The position numbers and the translations under genes are program-made. The notes under the pieces were generated by a model. It saw nothing but the letters and a program-made list of their open reading frames with translations, ran no database searches and was not told the DNA's origin. A stretch of 64,000 nucleotides of DNA from Stegostoma tigrinum (taxonomy: Eukaryota): NCBI RefSeq assembly GCF_030684315.1, contig NC_081383.1, positions 36,148,180 to 36,212,179 of the forward strand, written 5' to 3'. This document shows positions 32,341 to 47,691 of the stretch, one piece after another. Numbering within the stretch: position 1 is the stretch's first letter; the number at the start of each line of letters is the position of its first letter.

Positions 32341-35300
32341 AACTGAAAGTTGGGGTGGAGGTGACCTCTTAAAAGAGGGGAGTGTTGCATCATGTAAACT
32401 TTCATTTCAATTCCAATTTTTCCAAATAAAAATATTCACAACTTGGTTTAGCATGCTCTTCCTCTGAGGAAATCAGAAATCATAGTTAAGCACTTAAACT
32501 TAGGGCAAGATTTCAGCATTATAGTGACAAAAGTGTTGCATTGTCATGGATACAATGTTTTGGATGTGGTCCTGAAAGTTTATCCCCTGCCTTTTTGGTT
32601 GAGAATGGGAGAAAAAAAATCCCAGTAACTAAGAAGAAAGAGTTCTACATTGTCCTAACCAATTTTTATTTCTCAACCAACACCAAACAGGTTATTTTGT
32701 CGTTCATTCATTTGCACAAATTGACTGTGTTGTCTACCTATAACTGTACATTTCAGAAAGATCTAGTGCTTTTAATGGCGCTGATACAGTGCTAGATATA
32801 CGCAAACAAACCATTTTACTTGTTTGAGGCAGATTGTCACCAACAACATTCTGTACCAATTGGAAACTCCTGCATATTAAACAGTAGTAGAACATTAGAC
32901 CACCAGCTCCTAGTATCAATTCAGTTTTGTAATTTCAATTTATATTTTTGTGTTCAGTGATTTAATGTGAAGAAGGATAACGATGCTGATCAATTCATTA
33001 AACTATCACAGTACAAAACTAAATTGGTATTATGAACTAGACATAGCAGCACATCTCTCACAACTACTGTAGCTTGTAAATATAACTGAACAGAAAATTA
33101 TATTCAAATCCAACGTAATATAAATCTGCCTGTTTATTGATAGTCATCACCATATAAATATTACCCTACCCACTGCTAGCATGAATGTTTCAAATCTGCA
33201 AGTCAACTTGTAATCAAAGTAATTCAACGTGTACATATGTACATGGTGTCAATTTAGGCACCAGACAGACACTAGGACTACTTGGTTAAAACTGGTGAGC
33301 AAAGACAGCCAAACTACACGGATGTTAAGATGTAATTATGATCTTTGGTTGCTAATTAATATCACAAGGCCATCTAATGGTACAAATAATGCACAGTTAG
33401 AAGACACAAGATTTCTTACTGTTCAATTTGCAAGATTAAGATACCAATTTTACCAAATTGTTTGTGCAGCTCTCTTCATGACAAATTCAAATTGTAATCC
33501 AATGTAAAAACATCACATTGCTCTTAGAAAAAAACTAATTTTTCTCAGCTGTTATAAAGAACGTTATATAGTAATAGGAACCAAGTGAATACTTTATTCT
33601 AAGTCACCACCGGCCATTTTAAAGCCAGGATAAGTAGAGAGAAGAATGCTTGTGCAACAAACTCAGATGCTACACCAGAATCATTGTAGACCTGTCCTCA
33701 TTGCTAGATGGAGATTCTCCTCAAATTATTAAAGTTTCTTGTCATCACCTGACTCAGAGGCTCTGGTGTCTACTTCAGGAATACTTACCATGAACTGTAA
33801 AATAATCAGAACTAAATACTTACTACATAGTAAGGATCTATAAAACAAAATGCTATGTACCCAATGACTTAAAGGCACAGTAATCTGGTATCTCCATTTG
33901 AGTCTGCCCTATTCTCCCAATCACCAAAATCTAGCAACACTGATACTGTTAATGAAGATTCATCTTTAGTGCACAGGGGACAGTAGTCAAACAACAAAAT
34001 TCTCATTTGAACGACTTTTTGTTCTAGGCAACAGGAAGTACAAAAGAACATCAATTAGGCTGCAGAGTAAAATGAATTAGTCCTAACATGGTCATAAATC
34101 TGAAGTAACTGAAGTCAGGTATCGTCCAATGCTCGTCAAATCCTGTCAGGGTTTCAGATCAAAAGTGGTCAAGTATTGATCGTGACCAGTGAAGTCTTAC
34201 ACTATGTTCAAGGCAGAACTAGGTAGATTTCCTACAAATAATAACAAAGCTCAAACAAATTCAATCATGTGTTGAAACTGCTAGGAAGAACAGAACTTTA
34301 AAAATGTTGTATTAAACACCACAGGAAACTATGAACAAATTATTGTGGTGTATTTGTTTGTGAATGAAAGGACATTGTATGATTGGTCTAAGTTATGTCA
34401 ACCTCTTTACTACAAAACTCTAAAGGGATAGGCTCATTTTCAACCAGCAATGATGTGGATTCATATAAAAAAGACATATTCGAACTGTGGAAGTTAGAAA
34501 TGCTAGTTCTCTGAAATGGAAAGTCACATTGAACAAGAGTCAGAATGGGTTACTGTGAAATCAATTTTGCATCATGAAATATTGTTGAAACCATGGCTGA
34601 ACATTGTTTAAAGTAAAGCATCTGCTACTGCAGTCAGACTCATGCTTTGTTACCTCAATTACATAAATGCTACCATTTTAAATGCTCAAGTTTAAGAAGA
34701 AAACAATTCATAAATTGAGGAAGCAATACGCTTCAAAGCAACTAAGATTTAGAGGTTCCCTTGGTGTTTAGGAATTAGCAATATGATCATACAATAGGAA
34801 CTTAATTCCTAATTAAACTTTAGCATTTTAAAAAAACTGTTTACTGCACTTAAACTACACATACTAGTCATAGCAGAGGAAAACACCAATGTGTTTAAAA
34901 GAGTATTTAGGCTCAGGCATGTTATGGCTGATCATAATTATATATTCCGTAACCAGTAAAATCCGATTTGAGCCACTGGTAATTATCGTGGCATTAGTGC
35001 AAATATGATCAATTGATAAAGTCATGCACCAATGCTTCAGTCCACCAGTTTGGTGTTAGAGCGAAGCTCACATCAATCAAAAAAATCTTTAAGAACATTT
35101 AGAAATGCCTTCTATTTTAAACCCTTGAGTTTAATGGTTTTAGACAACTCAAGGCTGTCATGTGGTACACAACTTGTCTTTAAAACCTTAAAAAAACATG
35201 AATACTATTTTTCTTTGGAAACTGTGAGATAAAACAAAACAAGAGTTCAGTCAGACTCATCTTTTAAAACAGAATCAAACATAATTTAATATTGGTGAGA

Positions 35301-38300
35301 AAATAAATTAAGTACAAAAATGTTTAATAACTTAAAATAGCCTTCTGGCTTTGTAGCAAACTAAAATAAAGCAACAGTATATAAACATTTACATCCACCA
35401 ACTGTCAGTATACATTAAACCCAGGCATATCTACCTTGCCAAGAACTATATCTTGTACTGCATTACTGAAAAATAATTCCTACCAACTCCCATGCAATAC
35501 TTAACTCTTCAAAACAAAAAGAAATGCAATATTCAACTTTTAAATACATTACACCCATCCTTTCATTTTGGCTAGATCTCAAAACTGATGACTGATTTCT
35601 CTGGCACTCTAGACATCCTCTAATTTCTGCATTGTACTGTATTTTCCAATCCCTGGAACATTATCAATGTTTCTTGGAGTTTCACTCGAGTCATTCCATT
35701 TTTCAGTACTTGTGATGCTGAACATTCAATTTAGCATCATTATTAAATATGAGGTACTTTGACTTGTAGCGGCTGTCATGTCATTTCTCATGTTATGTAT
35801 GTTAGGGCAATTCATTGTACAATGTCCTGAACTGCTTATACTGTCCACCTCAGAGCTTCTTTTTGAAACTTTACTAAGGAACAGGAAATTCAGTATGAAC
35901 GTTTGTTCCATGTGAAAGTGTGAGAAGATTCAAAGTAATCCATTCCTACTTTGGCCTTATTTACATGACCGGCTTTCAGGTTAGTTTGTAACTTGGCTCA
36001 ATTATGAGGAAAAACGTGAAAAACAATGTAAATTGGTATTTGCGTCCATTGAGTATAAAATACTTAGACAGCCAAATTAAAAACTGTCTCGTGTACATGT
36101 ATTTGAATCAGCCTATTAACAGCATAATTTAACTCCCATTTGCCTCCTTGCCCTATTGCACACTCATCAAAACTTGTGGTATAGTCCCACACATTATGTA
36201 CTGTTTAAGGCAAAGCACAAAATTAGTGTGGCTAACTTAAACTAGACAAATACATTCAGAATTCAAGAAGAAACTTATAAAAAGGACTAGATGTTTACTT
36301 TTACAAGTTCAACGTAATTGTTCAGTTATCTCCATCATGTCTTTCGTTAAAAAAGAGAATTAGAGCACTCAATCTTCTGCTTTTACAAGAAAATTATATT
36401 AGTTGTTTATAATCATGGTTACAAACTAAAACTACAAATAATAGTACAACTCGAAAACTAATCAGTGGACTATTATATGCATTTTTTACAGAAGTTTCGT
36501 AGTCGACTAAAATTTAAATTTTGATAAGTTTCACTTTCTGAATTCTAGCGTTAAAGCTGAAAAAAATACATCTACCCGACAAATGCTAAAATACCCTCTT
36601 ACCAATTAGTTACAGTACACTGTGTCTGCATCATTCTTCAATGTCAACAATTTAATATAACATAGCAGCAATGCAGAATAAGAAGCATACTCTAAATAAA
36701 CACATTCCCCAATTGAAATAACTGCCTTCAAGTGTCAAGAATTTAAAAGGACTGGGAGAATTGTCTAGCTGTCATTTCACATGGATGGATGTGTGTATAT
36801 GTTTGCCAACAGTGAAAGGCAAACACAGATATTCATAGTTGTTACAGGACTACTCCTTTAAAGTGCTGTTCATTTCCTCTAAATAAAAAAATTAAGTTTT
36901 ATATTTAAGTGGACCTTTATGCTAAATACAGTTCAAAATTAAATCAAACTAAACTGGGTTTCTACTATAATTATAATAAGGCATTGTATACTTGTTGGAG
37001 ATACAAGGAATGTATAAAGATCAATTGCTGTAGTATCCTTCACCTTGTACCTTCAACAGGTCAGAGTTCGAAATGCCATTTAATCTGAATTTTGACTTCT
37101 AGAAGTTGTGGCATGGACAAACTACGCACAGCAAAATAAAGGCCTTGAATAAAAAAAGACTTGAGCGTTTCTGTGACTCTTGGTGTTGGCGTCAAGTGCA
37201 CAAAGCCCACTGCATTTTACTAAAATATTAAGCAGAGACTTTCATTAAGAGCCAAACAAGCACATTTCAGGAAACAGAACCTAGCTGAAACATCAGATCT
37301 GAAAGCATGCTACAGATGACACTACAGCTGTATATATTTTACACTTCTAGTCACAGTAATACTTAATGTACAAAATTAAATGACATGAGACAACCAAAAT
37401 AAACGAAAGGCCAAGCGCTGCAGCCAATCTTATAAATTGATTAGGAAACTGCATACATCACCTCTTAGCACATCTGACTTGACATGTTGTTTCTTGAGAT
37501 GGTGCTAATAATTAATCGTTGGTCGCATTTCCATTCTTAATGTTATTTAGGATGGCACTCTTTAATGCCCTCTTTATGGAGTTTTTTATTGTATTACATA
37601 GCTCTGCTAGAACTGCTTCCATTTCAGCTATTGAACGCTTTAAACATCCACTGGTCCTGTCTTCATTGCACCTGCTTAGTTTGGGATGGAGAGGCCTAAC
37701 ATCCACTGGTATTGTTCTTTTCAAAAATCTCGCATCGAATCCAGATAGACCAATACCTAAGTATTTCATCTTAGGATCAGCAAAGAATTCTCTTTGTCCA
37801 TTGGACAAACAATCTATTTCTATCCCTCTTTCCCAAGTACTCAAATTAATAGTCTTTCAATTATCATGACTTTTTTTTGTAGAACAGCCTTAGAATAGCA
37901 ACTCTGGATAAGTAATGTTTGTTCTGTGCTCATTGGCACAATGATTACAGACTCAATATTAAAAAGGCTACCATTGCAAATGTTTTAAAGGATACGTGGA
38001 CATGGAGGTGAAAAACTAATAACACATAATCCTAATCAGTAGTGGAAACAAACACTAATGATCTTCTTTGTATGCTTTCACCCAAATTATATCAAACTTC
38101 ATGGAACAAGTATACTTACTAGTTAACATGGAGTAGGAATTTTCAAAAGTAACATTTATTGTACCGTAAGCTTACTTTTAATATAAATTCATTCACTCAA
38201 AATGCTAAGCAATGCAAATTTCCAAATGACTAGCTAAGTTCCTCAGGAGTAATGAAGATAATTCACATTACCTTACAGTGATGAGAACTGAGCAATATAT

Positions 38301-38325
38301 AACTGCACCAGAAAAAACAAAAAAA

Positions 38326-38349
38326 CTACTACTACTACTACTACTACTA
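38326..38349 (+). repeat. (CTA)8 microsatellite
   Basis: Directly visible perfect trinucleotide run. Confidence 0.95.
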
Positions 38350-41300
38350 GGTCAGAAATAACTCCTTTGAGAGTATTCTGCTTCTTCTGCCCCGAAGGTG
38401 AGGCTTTGCTATATGTCGTCCAGTAACTTGCCTATGTAGCCAATGTTCATGAAAACATCAATTATCGGAGAAAAGCAAAAAGAAAATGCCGAAGTGAGAT
38501 CATTGAAGCCAAATACATTCTAACTTTCAGCATCACTTCCAGCAGAGACTTCTGTATTGGGATCATAAATGGCTACAGTGGCTAATTTGGCTCAGACCAG
38601 CTAGCTTAGCACAGATCAGAATTATAATTAATTACAGTCCTTACTTTTTGGTCTTTGTTACTCACTACAAAAACTCAGAGTCATCAACTGACTCTTCCTA
38701 ATGTTAGGAGTTTCATAATTATACTAAAATTTGAAGTAAATTAAAATAGAAGTAAACTAGAAGTAAATATTATAACCTAGCCTAAGTCTTGAATAGAATA
38801 GGGAAGGTAGAAAATGATCCCACATTGGATGTACCGCAGATGCAATTAACTTGAAAGATTTAGTCCATGATATTTAAATTCCAATAAATAATATCCAAAT
38901 TGCTACCATGCAAGACAAATTTTCTACTTTACTTGCTTCTTTACCCAATTAAAATAATGACAACTGGAAACAGGCTTACCTCCATAACTTTAAGCCTGCA
39001 GTGATCTAAAAGAAAATCACATGGTATTTCCAGGTCAAATAGAGATTTAACTTTTGAGATTTGCATAGTTTTAATCTGCCCTTTTCTAAAAAGAAAATTC
39101 AACGTGAAGTCATAGAAATCCACAAATAGCTTTCAAATACATTTTTGAAAGACACGAACAACAGCAAAATGACAAACACCATCTCATTTTGGTGTATATG
39201 AGGCAGATTCTGCTCAGGGGTGAAAAATCGAAGGAAGAACCAGCCTTTGCAGTCATCAGCCTAATCTGGAAAGACTGCAGTTCGGGAAAATACATCTGTC
39301 AGCATAATCCAAAATTCCTCAGCTTTGGTACAGTTCTTTTATACCCCATTACAAACTAAGCAAGAACAATAAGAAATCCAGTGTTTCGAAACCAGGTGAT
39401 CAGTGTTTCCATCAAGACAGCCTGATTAGCACCATCCAAACCTCAAACTCCAAGAGGTAATATTTAGTTATTCCTAACCCAACTTTATGATTACAATTTA
39501 ATTGATCAACATTTTAAAGGCCTAGCTCAAGTGTAGAACATAGGTTATTCATGCCTAATTAGAATTTGTTGAAGAAAAAGTAGTGGGGCTTAGGTACTGT
39601 AGTGGCCATTGAATGGCTGCAAAGTAGAAAACTGAATAGAGAAATCAGTCCTCTTCAAAATATATTTACAGCTCTATCTTAGGACAATAATAGGATAAAA
39701 CAGTTTGATGAGAACCAACAAAGGAAGAAAGGAATCATTTACATTTCCTTTTCATAAACTGTCCAAAATATTTCAGACATCACTCTTCTTCTGACAATGT
39801 CACCAAAAGCAACAACCCATCATTTTTCCTGCTACAAATTTTGCAGTTGAAAATTAAATTCATACTGGAATTATGCTTAATTATTCAGTGGCTGTGATGC
39901 TGGGGTAGCAAATGATAGCAGAGGTCAGATGGTCAGAATAAGAAAATGACAAATAAATTTATGGTTAGGAATTTGTCTCAAAGCACTGAATAATCAAGCT
40001 GAAGAAAAGCACTGAAATCTTAATTTAGATAAAAGATGTACAAGTGCCAGATGGGGATGGGGGAATGATATGGCATTGACTGCAACCATTTTGCTGATAA
40101 ACTAATCTCACCTGCACAGTTGTCCAGGCATCATAGGAATGGTTAAGAATTCAAGCACGGATTGTTGGCATTTTAAAAATAAAGAGAGTGAAAATATTCT
40201 AAACTGAACAGAAATCTTTTATATCTACACTTAGATATCAATTATAGGATAATAAAGTATCTTTATAGACAATTATTTTGGATTTTAGTTCAAATTAATT
40301 GGCTTTTTGTTTAAAATTAAGAACATCATTTAGTATTCTTTTCGGGTAAAGTTTCCCCAATTGCCCACCAGAAAAAGCAAATTGTGAGCATAAAAGATGA
40401 TAGTACAGGCAATTAGCTGTAACACTGATTGATATCTGTTCATTGCAATGAGTTTTCAGTTGGTGTTTTTGTGTATAATGCCAAATCTGCATTTCTTCAA
40501 TGTGCAAGTTAACACCGTATTAAACAGAATTCAATTCACATCAACTAGATGTTGCGCTATAAATACATGGAGAGCAAGTACAAATTATGGATTAAGATCA
40601 GCACAAATTAAATTGATTTAGCTGGTGGGTTGTACGGTATTTTGAAGTGTGGCAACTGGGAGGACAAAAAGCACTGGTCATGATGGGTGTTGAACCAGTA
40701 ACTGCACAATATCCTTTAGTATGAAAAATATTCTATCAGTCCTCTGGTCACAAAACTAGTCTTGCTGATCTTTCAGTTATGAGTAGAATTATTGCCTCAT
40801 TACAAACAGATTAGCCTAGAAATGGGCTTAAAAAATTCAGATACCAAAAGTTCTCTGTTCGGTCACACAAAATAGCAAGAACAACTTTTGTCACATGTAT
40901 TTGCGGCAAAGAGGTAAACTGCTGAGTACTACAAAATCTGAGCAAACCTGATTTTACCAGAAAACATAATCTCAAACAAATACACAAGCTGTCAACCAGA
41001 TTATCTTTTCATAACAGGGTTTCCTTACACGCAAGTTATGAAAGCGTGCATAACAGAAGGAATTTAGTTAGTGGAATGATAAAATCAGTTTATAAATGTG
41101 AACAATTACCTCAATGAAATTTAAGAAGTTAGATTGTCATAAAAAAAACTACACTCATGCATTCTCTCACATATATTCCTACTGCTTTCACCCTCCTATA
41201 GCAGACTATTGCTAATTGTTTCAGATACAAATTATGTCCCAAATATAATTTCTTCTGTGAAAAACTTCTATTTTCCACCATCATGTAACTGATGTTCAAG

Positions 41301-42008
41301 CAACAGCATTGAAGGAAATTCGGGAATATCTCTACAATTTTCTTCTCTCTCTCCAGAGAAAAGCTGAATGAGATCTGGCACTAGAAACTTAATGAGTTGG
41401 ACAAAGTTGGGAGAAAAAGGATTTCCTATGAGAAATGCAAACCTTACATCAGTCTTGATTAAATTTGGCAACTATACTCCTCTCAGCTCCCAGAAACTGC
41501 AATTAGCTTTTTTAGAACTTTTAAAAATTCAAAATGTATTTGCATATTATGAAAGAAGCATGTTTTTCTCCAACTTCTTCATCTAGGGGTTTTGAGTACT
41601 GGGATGGGGACTAAAAAAAGGAGGTTGACTAAAATTCACTTGCCTTAACTGTTCACATTCTGAAATTCTCCAAAAATATTCAAAAATCACATTCTGGTGT
41701 TTCAACATATCAGTGCATATGGCACAAAGGTAAACGGGTCTAAAGCAATGGTATATTTGGTGTCAGCTCCTTTTGCTATACATTTGAGATTAAGTTTGAC
41801 AGTGCATTTACCATGGGTTTAAGTAGTTAAGTTACTCCAACTATTATTCATAATCATGTGCTCAACATATGCAACACAAGTTCACATTCCTTTTTGCAAC
41901 CTGCCTTCATTCAAACAGGACCAGTGGATTTGTGTCTGCACTTAATTCTGACAAAGATTTAAAAGCCAGCTACAGCTAACTGCCTACTAAAGGTTCAAGG
42001 CTGGTTAA

Positions 42009-42014
42009 TTTATT
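42009..42014 (-). promoter_or_regulatory. Candidate proximal polyadenylation signal of ELAVL1
   Basis: First AAUAAA I found downstream of the stop (~1.38 kb). Confidence 0.45.
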
Positions 42015-42224
42015 TAAAAGCTCATCAGTTGGCATACAAAACTTTCCACTCAAAATCCCCTGCTAGCACTCCTGTAAAAAGTTTGTTTATAAAAATAGAT
42101 GCTCTGTGAAGCCCACTTCAGCAAAAGGTGTAAAACTCTTTGATAGGGTACCTAAAGATCAGGTGCCTGTCTGCACACTGGCCCCTCTATCCCTACCCTT
42201 AATCGTAAAACAAAAGTTTGAAGC

Positions 42225-42375
42225 GCTAAACAGCAAATTAACTTTAAAACAGAAAAATAACAAAAACTAAACAAAATTGGAGCAAAACAAAACAAATTTA
42301 ATGATCATAAATGCAAAAGTAAAATCAATAGTCAAACAAAACAAAGGAAACAAAATGAAAAGAAATTATATAACA
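42225..42375 (-). promoter_or_regulatory. U/GU-rich element in the ELAVL1 3' UTR (candidate Hu-protein binding site)
   Basis: Minus strand reads UUUUGUUUCCUUUGUUUUGUUUG...AUUUA...UUUGUUUUGUUUUG...GUUUUUGUUAUUUUUCUGUUUU. Confidence 0.55.
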
Positions 42376-43389
42376 GAACATTAACTAATTTCAAAGGCAG
42401 TTGTAAAAACTTTTAGATTAGTCTTCTTTAAATCTATTTTAACAAAGCTTTGTGTTGACAGCTAACCTGCATGAGAAAAACATTTAAGTACTTTCTATTC
42501 TGATGCATTATCCCAACTTAGCATGTCAATTATGCAAAAAAAACAAAAACTTTTTTTAAAAAAAGAAATGGAGTTCACTAAGTGGGGTGCAACAAACTTA
42601 CAAATGTTCAAAGGTTTAAACCTCCCAAGATAATATTACAAGCAGAGTAATTCTACACTACACTTCCCAACCAAAATGTTCCTTTCACCCAAAAATTTGG
42701 CAAATGTACAAGTAAACCTGTTCAATTTTTGTATTGACACTCTAAATCTTATTAAGATGACTCACTGTTATACCCATGTCAGGAATTAAAACTGAACTGT
42801 TTTGCACCTACCTCCACATTTCATGATAAGAAAGGCACAGAGGTGCCATTTATACTTATCTAGAGTAAACATATTACAGCCATGGTTCCGAGGTCTGGAT
42901 GAACTTAATATGCAACATGTTTGTCTTACAGGCATAAATCATCATTTTAATTCAAAAATGTTTACTAATGCATTAAACCTGTGAGAGCAAGTAGCGCATT
43001 TATGAAATTGCTTTTCCAATGCAAGCAGGCATCAACCAAGAGCTGGTTGCTAGTCAACTGATTATATTAAAATGGAATGAATATTGCAATTTAAAGAGTA
43101 TTATTTTAAATCCACAGACCTACAATATAGTTCAGTATTTTGCCCTCCTTTTTTGGGTGCTTAGGAAGAAAGGAGGGGACTAAGGAAGGAAATGTATCAA
43201 ACATTTGAACATTTCATATTAGTTGCATCCCAGAGTACTAATATAAAAAATCCTTTTCACTTTTTCTTCTAGAATGGTAGACAAAACACGTCTGTCACAA
43301 CAATAAGAGTTGCTTTACACTAGTGGACTTATTCACCTTTCAGCAGTGTATTTCTAATCAAATGTTTACAAATGAACACAAGCTTTAAA

Positions 43390-43890
<501 letters not shown>

Positions 43891-45781
43891 TCAGCAGTAC
43901 TGATCCACCTAGACAAACACAGGAATTAACAGGTCACCCAGAGCACAAATCCTTCATTTAAAACTGTTAAAAGCATTTTATGGTACTGCAAAATCCTACA
44001 CTGTGCTGCAACAAAACCCTATTAAGCTTTTTTAAAGGAGCAAAGCCAAATAATACCAAACAACACTAAATTCCTTTCTATTAGATAACTACTACTTTCT
44101 TCACGCAACACCAAGCACTGATTTATAAACTGCACTTTTCTGCAATGAAAACTAGAGAATTCCAAAATGTAAAAGCATCCAAACTTCTATTGAGTACCAA
44201 CAAAAACTGAAATCACAAAATATTGGTAAACGTGCTTAATAATAATCCTGAGTGACATTTTTACAAAGATAGCACCTAACAAACCCATAGTAACTGGGCA
44301 GATTTGTAGCATAAAAATAGCTAATAGCAGACTTGTTTGACAAGACAATTAAGAAAACATTTTCAGATGTCATATGCAACTTGAAAACTCTCCAAATTTT
44401 GGAATATGTTGTACATCTAAATTAAAGCAAGATGTCTAGATCACCGCATTTTCTTTTGCCCCTTATCAGTGCAATCCTGAACTATCAGAGAATCTTGTAG
44501 GATTCACGAATGGTAGGTACATCTTTACCCACCTAATTTTATTTAGCGAATGCAAATCCCCAAAGCTAAGCTCATGTGTACAGTTTAAAATCTACAGCTT
44601 AGCCTGTAGTGCAGATACTTTCAATAAAGTTGCACTGTCGATGATTCAGATGAGTGGACGCCTCATCTTGGGAGGTGGACTGTGCAGGGACCTTGCTCAT
44701 ATTAACCCTGTTTAGCAAGGACCACTCTCACCGTGGTAGTTCAAAGCCTGCCAGTCAATAGGTGAGGTTTGTCACAAGGAATTTATCAATCCCATCCAGT
44801 CAGACATGATAATCATTTGAGAAGTATCCTCCCTTAAAGGATAAAGCAATAGGCATCATTGCCTGTTCCATCACATGTCTGCTTGATATTTTTAATCTCC
44901 CTCACTGGGAGATTAAGTTTTATGCCAGTTCTGTAAGCAAATCCTTTGCCCTCAAAGACCTTACTTACAGAAGTGAGAATGAATGTTGTTGGCATTTGGA
45001 CAATTTACTTAGCATTATCCAAGCTAGAAAACCACTGAGTTCAAGGATTGATATGCAATAATTCCTCCTCAGCACTGCACAAAAGCTATTTTTAGTCATT
45101 CATTTCCTCAAAGATAGTGTTGTCATTACATCTCAGACTTGATAGAAATGATGTAGTCACCTCACCTTTTCCCCATGGTAGCCGAGAAAAGCAAACCAAA
45201 GAGGTAAAAATGAGAAAAATAAAGGGGAAAACGGAGAGAGGAAATACAGACACGGTGTGGGTTCAAAACTCCAAAGACCATAATATATACCGGGTGATGC
45301 CACGTGTTGAATGATGATTCACCTATATCAGAATGGACAGGATGGTTTTAATCATTTGTACATCATTTAATAATTGTGAAGAGTGGATCTAGCCTACTGC
45401 TAAAAGCGTTTGGATCTCATTCCATTCTGTTCATGCCCGTTTTGTTTCCAGCATTCATTTTTAAAATCAGCAATGAGCTGATGACAAATTTATTTCTAAT
45501 ATGAACATAAATTTGATTAATTAGTTAAGTTAATCAAGGTCCAAACTGATGTTCATTGAGCAAATATTAATTAACGAATAGCCAATACATCAGCTGATCC
45601 AGTTATAAAGTTTGGTATTATATTCCACAGAGTCCATGATTAATTCTGACAGGGAAAGTGGTAAAACATTGCCTCAGCCCAAGAATCTGGAAGGAATAAG
45701 GTCATTTTTTTGGCACTAAATGAATCACATAACCTTGAAACAAAAATGGTTCAAATGCATAAAAGGTCAAGCAGTCCTTCA

Positions 45782-46159
<378 letters not shown>

Positions 46160-46639
46160 TCACAATCCATTTGAGACTGAAATTTAAAATGTAGCCTGGT
46201 GATTTGCTCCAATGTGTATTACATTCTATTCTTTAATGCTATCCTCAGAAATGTAGTCATAGCTATCGCCTGCATGGGATGGGGAAAAATTAGCAAAGAA
46301 AATAAAAATAAGGTTTTGATATGTGTAACTCTGGGTATTTATAGGTGACTGAGAGATTTAATTCAAATTAAATAACGTTTGAATGTTTAACACTAAAAAT
46401 TGTGTTAAACGTGAAGGAAACTGACCTGCACTTGGAAGAAACTGGGAACCAGTTGAACCACTCCTGGCCAAGAGGGATTAGGGAAGGAAAACAGACAGGG
46501 GTGCATATTCCAGAGATTTTTAACACACAAGATTAAGCAAGTTTTTAAAGATGTACACCAGACAAGGTTAGTTTAGGTTCACTTTTCTGCTTCAGTAAAG
46601 CCTTAGAGTTACAAATATAATTTATGTAAACATTTACAC

Positions 46640-46978
46640 ATAGAATCGGAGTACAGAAGAGGCCCTTCAAGCCACTCAGTCTGCACAGACCAAAGCTACT
46701 TAATACAATACTAGTCCCACTTTCCAATAGTTGGCCTATAGCCTTGAATGTTATGGCATTTCAAGTGCTCATCCAAATACTTTTCAAGAGATTGAGAGGT
46801 ATCCTGCTTCAACTATCCTCCCAGGCAATGCATTCTAGATTCTCACCACCCTCTGGGTGAACTATGTTTTCCTAAAATCCCCTCAACCTCCTGCCTTTCA
46901 TGTTAAAAAGATGTCACCTGTTACTGATCCCTCAACTAAGAAGAACAGCTGTTTTCTATCCACCCTGCCCGTGCCCGA
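46640..46978 (-). mobile_element. CR1 3' fragment (intronic)
   Basis: acagaagaggcccttcaagcc...ctagtcccactttcc...gcattctagattctcaccaccctctgggtg. Confidence 0.8.
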
Positions 46979-47011
46979 ATAATATTGATAGTTAACAAAG
47001 CAAAAATATTA

Positions 47012-47173
<162 letters not shown>

Positions 47174-47691
47174 TCAAAAATATCATGCTTTAAAATAATT
47201 TCAGGTTCATACATGTGAGCAGTTTACTAAAATACAATATTAGATATCTAAAGCATTATATCAATTTGATTTGTGAAGCACAGGTTTCATCCCAAAATCA
47301 GTCTGTGCCTGGGTAGCATATTTTCAGCTGCTAAATATTAGGTCATGGCGGAAAATGTGGAAATAACTTAAACACATAGTGAGAAGGGCTGTTCATTTTT
47401 CTACACACCACGATAAAATACTTGATCCTCGTGAAAAAAACTCAACAGGAAACTTTGCAGTTATTGACTTAATTGACAATATTAACATATTTATTGGAAT
47501 GTTTCTTTTTGAAGCACAGATCCATGGATGATTTCAATTATAATTAATTTGTTTTCAAAGTAGACAGTACACTACCACTTTTCTCCTTAAAGGTACACAT
47601 ATTTGACGTTGGGGCTCAAATGTCGAGTTGCAGATGAGAGCAAGTTCTCTGGAGGTGAACAAAAACAAAATCAGCTACGGTAGCATTTCGA

